NCBI RefSeq assembly: GCF_006345805.1
Contig: NC_043016.1
Location: 992,001 to 1,056,000 of the forward strand
Direction of reading: 5' to 3'
DNA from: Octopus sinensis
Lineage: Eukaryota
DNA length: 64,000 nt
Position numbers and translations under genes: made by a program. Shown here in pieces: positions 54,186 through 64,000 of this stretch. Every line of letters begins with the position of its first letter. The stretch's first letter is position 1. The notes under the pieces are model-generated. The model was given only the letters and a program-made list of their open reading frames with translations. It made no database searches and was not told the origin of the DNA.

Positions 54186-54901
54186 AATTTAGCAATTAAG
54201 GACAACTACTTAATAAGGAAAAACTTAACAAGAAATTGTCAGGTAGATAGCGTAAAAACCTCATAAGAGAAAAAATTTCGAAAATAATTATTTCTTATTG
54301 AACATATTAATTTATATATAGAGGGCATAATACATACATGCCAGGGGCATTGTATATACATGCCAAACGCTAAGAGGGACAATCAGTCATTTCTACCAAA
54401 AATATTACTAATCCCCCGAATGCAATTTTTCAAAGTAAGACATTTAAAAATATAGACCTGTATCACAGTGATTTCATACTTACGTAATCATCAGCAGGCC
54501 TGAATGTATTATAAATAAACAACGACCCTGCCTCGCTTAAGCCGATCAGCTAACTGATCAACATCAACGAAGCACATGGGTGAGTTTATATATATACATC
54601 CGGGTAAATGGTAAACTTTTACGAATTGCATTTCGGGAGAGGAAAAGTTTTTCGGAATAAAAATTTAGCAATTAAGGACAACTACTTAATAAGGAAAAAC
54701 TTAACAAGAAATTGTCAGGTAGATAGCGTAAAAACCTCATAAGAGAAAAAATTTCGAAAATAATTATTTCTTATTGAACATATTAATTTATATATAGAGG
54801 GCATTATACATACATGCCAGGAGGCATTGTATATACATGCCAAACGCTAAGAGGGACAATCAGTCATTTCTACCAAAAATATTACTAATCCCACCGAATG
54901 C
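54186..54901. repeat. ~240-bp direct repeats (period ~476 bp) enclosing a hammerhead
   Basis: 54186-54423 nearly identical to 54662-54901. Confidence 0.9.
54455..54500 (-). ncRNA. Type I hammerhead ribozyme
   Basis: Minus strand ggcctg-CTGATGA-t-tac(gtaa)gta-t-GAA-atca(ctg)tgat-A-caggtc: 6-bp stem I, GNRA-capped stem II (closing pair T-T), 4-bp stem III, AUA cleavage at plus position 54461. Confidence 0.75.
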
Positions 54902-54902
54902 T

Positions 54903-55635
54903 TATATGTGTAGCTGGGCTACACATATAAGCAGCAAAGTTGACATGGCCCGCAGAATGTGTTCCTGGATTCTCAGAACCTTCCAGTCGAGAGATTCCCA
55001 CGCTATTATCCTTCTCTTCTCCACTTTTGCCCGACCCCACCTTGAATACTGCTGTCCACTGTGGTCTCCCTACACAAAACAAAATATTATGAGAATTGAA
55101 GCTCCCCAAAGGTCAATCACAAAAAAGATAGATGGCATGTCAGACCTTGACTACTGGGGTAGACTAGAGAAGCTGAAATTGTATTCACTCCAACGACGCC
55201 GTGAACGCTACATTATCTGTATGATGTGGAAAATATTCCATCAGCACTGTCCGAATGATGTTGGCATCACCTTCAAAATGCATCCAAGCCTTGGACCACG
55301 TGCCATCCGTCCACAACAAAAATCTAAATCGCATCACATAACGACAATACGGCACAACTATTTCACCTCAATTGGACCTGCCCTCTTCAACATTACACCA
55401 GGGCACGTCAAAAAAGAAACTGACCACACAAAATTCAAGAAGTCTTTGGACAAATTCCTTCAAACAGTACCGGACAAACCACCCACACCCGGATATGTCT
55501 CCGCAAACAATAACTCTCTGCTCGAATGGGCCTTGGTGCCCAAATCCTGAACTGAAAGACTTCGCCAGGTGGTGCTATTAAGTTAGACATGGCCTGGGCC
55601 AAAACTGGCCAAAACCTTTCTAAGTTATTCTAAGT
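54903..55635 (+). mobile_element. CR1-like LINE 3' fragment, open to the stop codon, with ctaagtt tail
   Basis: RPHLEYCCPLWSPY, YWGRLEKLKLYSLQRRRERY, LDKFLQTVPDKP; ttagacatggcctgg...ctaagttattctaagtta. Confidence 0.88.
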
Positions 55636-55717
55636 TATATATATACATATATATATATATATACATACATACATACATACGCACATACACACACATACAT
55701 ATGTATATATATATATA

Positions 55718-56411
55718 CTGGGGTTGGACAAAATAATGGAAACAGCTAGTATCATAGCACCATAATTCTGAAATATCTATAAAACCGTCAAAAGCCTGTT
55801 TATTTTCATGTTTTTTTAATTAATTATAAGTGTTGCTTAGAATGTTTTTGTAAAATTGCTGTTTCTTTTCAGATATCATCAGCAAAAGCTAATTAAAATT
55901 CATTAAAATGACAGATGTGTCGGACTTTCAAAGAGGTCAAATTGTTGGTGCTCGTATGGCAGGCGCTAGTGTAACGAAAACAGCCAAAAATGTTTTGTGT
56001 ATCACGAAATACTGTCTCGAAAGTAATGATAGCTTTTGAGAAAGAGAGAAACGAAACTCCGGAAGAAAACCAAAACTTTCAGATACGAACCGTCGGACTC
56101 TTACGTGAATTGTTAGAAAGGATCACAAAAGTACAGCTCCCATAATTACTGCAGATCTTAATGATCATCTCGAGAACCCAGTTTCCACAAAAACTGTTCG
56201 CCGGGAGCTGCAAGCAATAGCAGATTTCCAAGCAATAGCACCCCAGACCACTGCTCTAGGGACTAATTCTGTAGGTTTTTACTCCACTCTAAACGCTTTG
56301 CAGCGTTTGTTTTTGAAAGGAGTGGTTTCCTGATTGCAGCTCTCCTGTGAAATTCGGCTTTGTGCAGCTCCTGGCGAACACTTTTTGTGGAAACTGGGTT
56401 CTCGAGGTGAT
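55718..56411 (+). mobile_element. Tc1/mariner remnant with internal inversion
   Basis: TA|ctggggttggacaaaataatgg left end; MTDVSDFQRGQIVGARMAGASVTKTA...GRKPKLSD...HLENPVSTKTVRREL; the continuation (RKPLLSKTNAAKRLEW) lies on the minus strand at 56225-56411. Confidence 0.85.
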
Positions 56412-56658
56412 AGTCACCGTCTATTTAATTTTAACTCACAGGGCTTTGGTTAAGGATGATAACTCTTGATTATGTTGCCACTCAGTGGAATTAAATCCGA
56501 CACCATGGAATTACGAAGCAAACTTCTTACTGCACAATCATGCCTGCATCCATATTGACTACCTAAAAATTTGTAGTCGTAGATGTCTACATTAGATCTT
56601 TTTATTTAATTATCTTTAAATTGAACATAGTCACCTGGTAAATTCAAAAAGAGATTTA

Positions 56659-57474
56659 GGATATTTTCGGTTTGAACGGCAGATTTTAACACAATTTCTA
56701 GGTAACTAAAAAATTTTAAACTTCGTATACTGGTAGAATGTGTTTATAAAACATCTTTTTCTCTTGGCTTTATTGAGAAAATTCTATAGTTTGTAAGATA
56801 TTTGTTGTTGTTTTTCCTCAATTTCGGCAATTTCAACCAATCAATAACGTCTATTGACGTAAAGAACATTCTGTGCCGTATGAATATGTCCCTCGTTTAA
56901 GAAACAGATTGGGTTTATTTACATTTGTGATGAAAAAAAGATACCTTTCCCCCACCCCTAACCCTAACCCTAACTAACCCTTAATCTAAAATAGACTGAA
57001 ATGCAATAGATCGATACTAGGGTCATAATTATGGGTGACAATTTCATGACACCGCTAGAGAAAATGGCAGTTTTTTCTAGCGGTGTCATATGAAATTGTC
57101 ACCCACAATTATGACCCTAGTATCGATCTATTGCATTAGAGTCTATTTTAGATTTAGGGTTAGGGTTAGGGTTAGGGTTAGGGGGAATGGTATCTTTTTT
57201 TCTTCACAAATGTAAATAAATCCAATCTGTTTCTTAAACGAGGGACATATTCATACGGCACAGAATGCTTTTTAACTCAATGGACGTCATGATTGGTTGA
57301 AATTGCAGAAATTGCAGAAAAACAACAACAAATATCTTACAAACTATAGAATTTTCTCAATAAAGCTGATAGAAAAAGATGTTTTATAATCACATTCTAC
57401 CAGTATACGAAGTTTAAATTTTTTTAGTTACCTAGAAATTGTGTTAAAATCTGCCGTTCAAACCGAAAATATCC
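56659..57474. mobile_element. Palindromic telomeric-repeat MITE, second full copy
   Basis: ggatattttcggtttgaac...gttcaaaccgaaaatatcc; TSD gagattta/aagattta. Confidence 0.85.
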
Positions 57475-58439
57475 AAGATTTAAAATATTAGTAGGAGCAC
57501 AATCATCTGTACACGGTCACTTCAGTGAATGTTATCTAGTAATCTAAAAAAGAAAAAAAAAAAAAATACGATTTTGATATGACATTACGGACACAGTCAT
57601 TGGTCTATAGACGGTTGAATATTATTGGTATTTAATGGAAGGAAAAATCGATTAACTGGAAAGCCAAGTTGTTGATGTTTATATGTAGTTCCGCCTTGAT
57701 ATAGTAGATCTATGATCATAATAATGTATCTAGGCAGACGAAAAGTGTAACGTGCACTTCGTCATAACCCATCAACTCACCCCTGCGATGAATGCTCCCG
57801 GTTCTACTACACTGCTCTTAGCCTGAACAGCCATCTCAGGCATCGGTACCCTTCGCACCCATCAAATTGGAGAGGTTCAATCACTCACTACAGATCTTCT
57901 ACTCGGATGAGTTAACGCCGGCGCTGGCGCGTCTATATTGGACTATATTTATCGTGGCATGAATTCTTATTCTTTCCTCGTTGAAGACGGTAGTTGTGAT
58001 TTGAAAGAGATATAGCTGCTATATCTAGCATGTATGACACCATGTATGAGATTCTTACAAAGTAAATGACAGTGATAAAGTAAATATCTAGCGAAAAGAG
58101 AGGTCATTGTAAGAGGTCAACAAAGACCTACGGCGAGTTGTAGACCATCGTGCAGGTCTTGTATGAGAGAGGATTATCGGGTTTATGAGAAAATAAAGGG
58201 AGAGAAACAGTAAAGGAAACAGAGCGAGAGAGAGCGAGAGAGAGAGAGAGAGAGAGAGGAAAAGAGAGAAGAAAGGGGGAGAGAGAGAAACTAAAGAAGA
58301 ATGATAGAATAAAAGAGAGAAAGTGAAAATGAGAAAATAAAGGAAGAAGAGTAACAAGATAATGATGTGAGGAAAATGTAAGGTAAAGAGAAAGAATACA
58401 TTTGGGAAGGAGTGAGAAATTAAAGATGACTAAAAGGGA

Positions 58440-62419
<3,980 letters not shown>

Positions 62420-62426
<7 letters not shown>

Positions 62427-64000
62427 TCATAGTTTAGGTGTAGCCTTGGAAAGAAAAACCTACAAAAAAGACCAAGGTCACCTCAGACAGTTCGAAAAAG
62501 AACACATGAGTAAGTCGCCTTACTTCTCGTTGTCTCTTTTGGTTTCAGATTTATGCTTAAGATAGTTCATACTGACCATTTTTGCCACTTTTACCCACTT
62601 TTTATTAAAACATTCGTTCGACACAGCCTTCCTCTCTATTCTCATCCTCCTTTTCAAGTGGTACTTGAAAAAGTTGACGAGAGATTGACCAGAGAGGAAG
62701 GTGTTTGTTTGCAGTCCTTTCAAACGCGTCCACTACACACATTCTTTCGCCATAGCCATCAGCGTAACGAAAACCGTTTTCCCTTCCCGTTTAAAGGAAG
62801 GTGGTGGAATAATATTCACGATAGACTCGGCCGATAGGCGGGCCCGACCTACACGTGACAACAGCTGTTCGACGAAGGTCCACAGCTCTGAAATATCTGG
62901 ACTCTGCACGAGTGCGTGCAGAACGGTTTCGTCGCTCTGACCACATCTCGGGCAGGTCGGTCCGGTGATGGTTTTCGGCCCGAACGTCGTCTTGAACAGG
63001 CGGGTTAGGAATTTCTCGTCGACGCCCAGGTTTGCCCCGCGTGTGCCGTCGGACCTCCCCTCCAATAGTCCTCTATAGAACGCTTTAGTCGTTTGTAAGT
63101 TGCACAAGTTTGACCCCGGTCAGCAGAGCTGCTGTAGAGCTTGGCGACAATCTCGGTGCCAATCGCCCAGTTTCGGTCTCTTTTTGATCCACGTTTGCAG
63201 TTCGGTCAGTGAGACGAGCTGCGGGAAGGCGCGCCTCACAAACGGCGCCCACACCTGTTCGCCGTCGTCGATGAAGTTCCAGAGATGCCGCAGTCTCAGC
63301 GCATGCCTGCGCATCATCACCCACGGCATTCCCAGTACTCCATTCAACGGATGTTGACAGCAAATGGACTTCCTCACTATCGGAACGCCACCCTTCCACA
63401 GGAAGCGGAAGAGTATGCGTTCCAGTTTGGTGATGGTGGCGTCGGGACAAGGCACGACGGTCAGGCGGTAATCGATGACGGATGCGAAGTACACGTTCAC
63501 TACCTCCACCCGGCGTTTTAGAGACAGCTTTCTCTCGGCCCATGTTTGGTGAGAGCGACCACTCTACTCGTGATCTCGTCCCAGTTCTTTTCTATTTAGA
63601 GGTCCGGACTGAACCAGACCCCGAGCAATTCAACCGGTCCGTCCGTCCAGCGTCCCACTACTGAGCCGCAGTCGGACGGCATGGGCTTGCTTCTCCAGGT
63701 GCCGAGTAGCAAACCCACTGACTTTTCCGGGTTAATCTTCGCTCCCGTCACCGTTTCGTATTTTCTTAGTGTCTCGCCTATCATCCGGATGTGCTTGTCG
63801 CTCGACACTATGACGGTGACATCGTCCGCATATGCTGACACGCTCGTCCCGCAACCCAGTTCCCGTGGGATGCCCCTCAGTGTGGCCAGCTTCCGCAGTA
63901 GCGGTTCGAGAGTCAATACATACAGAAGCGCCGACAGGGGACACCCCTGACGGATCGAACGCGTGATGTCAAACGGTTTCGACAGGTGACCGTTCACCCG
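62420..64000 (-). mobile_element. Tx1 subfamily A second copy (RT C-terminus to 3' UTR), runs off the window
   Basis: QGCPLSALLYVLTLEP, AYADDVT, CPRCGQSDETVLHAL; near-identical to 29150-30800. Confidence 0.9.

Overview
Repeat-dominated animal genomic DNA, very probably a coleoid cephalopod such as Octopus. This is an inference from dense TACA/TATC/TA/GA microsatellites, recurrent tRNA-derived SINEs, [17 protein letters not shown]-type C2H2 fingers and a GC-rich divergent 28S. No intact host gene is visible. The window holds degenerate ankyrin exons (one inside a ~0.68 kb inverted duplication) and a frameshifted C2H2 array. Retroelements include CR1/L2-like, RTE, Tx1 and RLE (HERO-like) LINEs and several SINE families. 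DNA elements include non-autonomous Helitrons, a telomere-repeat-bearing palindromic MITE family and a rearranged Tc1. Most notable observations: (1) a Tx1 family whose clean junctions lie in (TATC)n tracts; (2) two near-canonical type I hammerhead ribozymes, one inside a ~476-bp partial tandem repeat, plus three degenerate ones; (3) a ~6.3 kb rDNA fragment (ITS2-like, 28S lacking its catalytic core, spacer) inserted into a CR1-like LINE, with scrambled 28S pieces lacking the R2 target site; (4) a CR1-like ORF1 that appears to combine a trihelix/Myb-SANT-like domain with a CCCH finger; (5) repeated inverted duplications with overlap. All coordinates and alignments were made by eye; no database searches were run.
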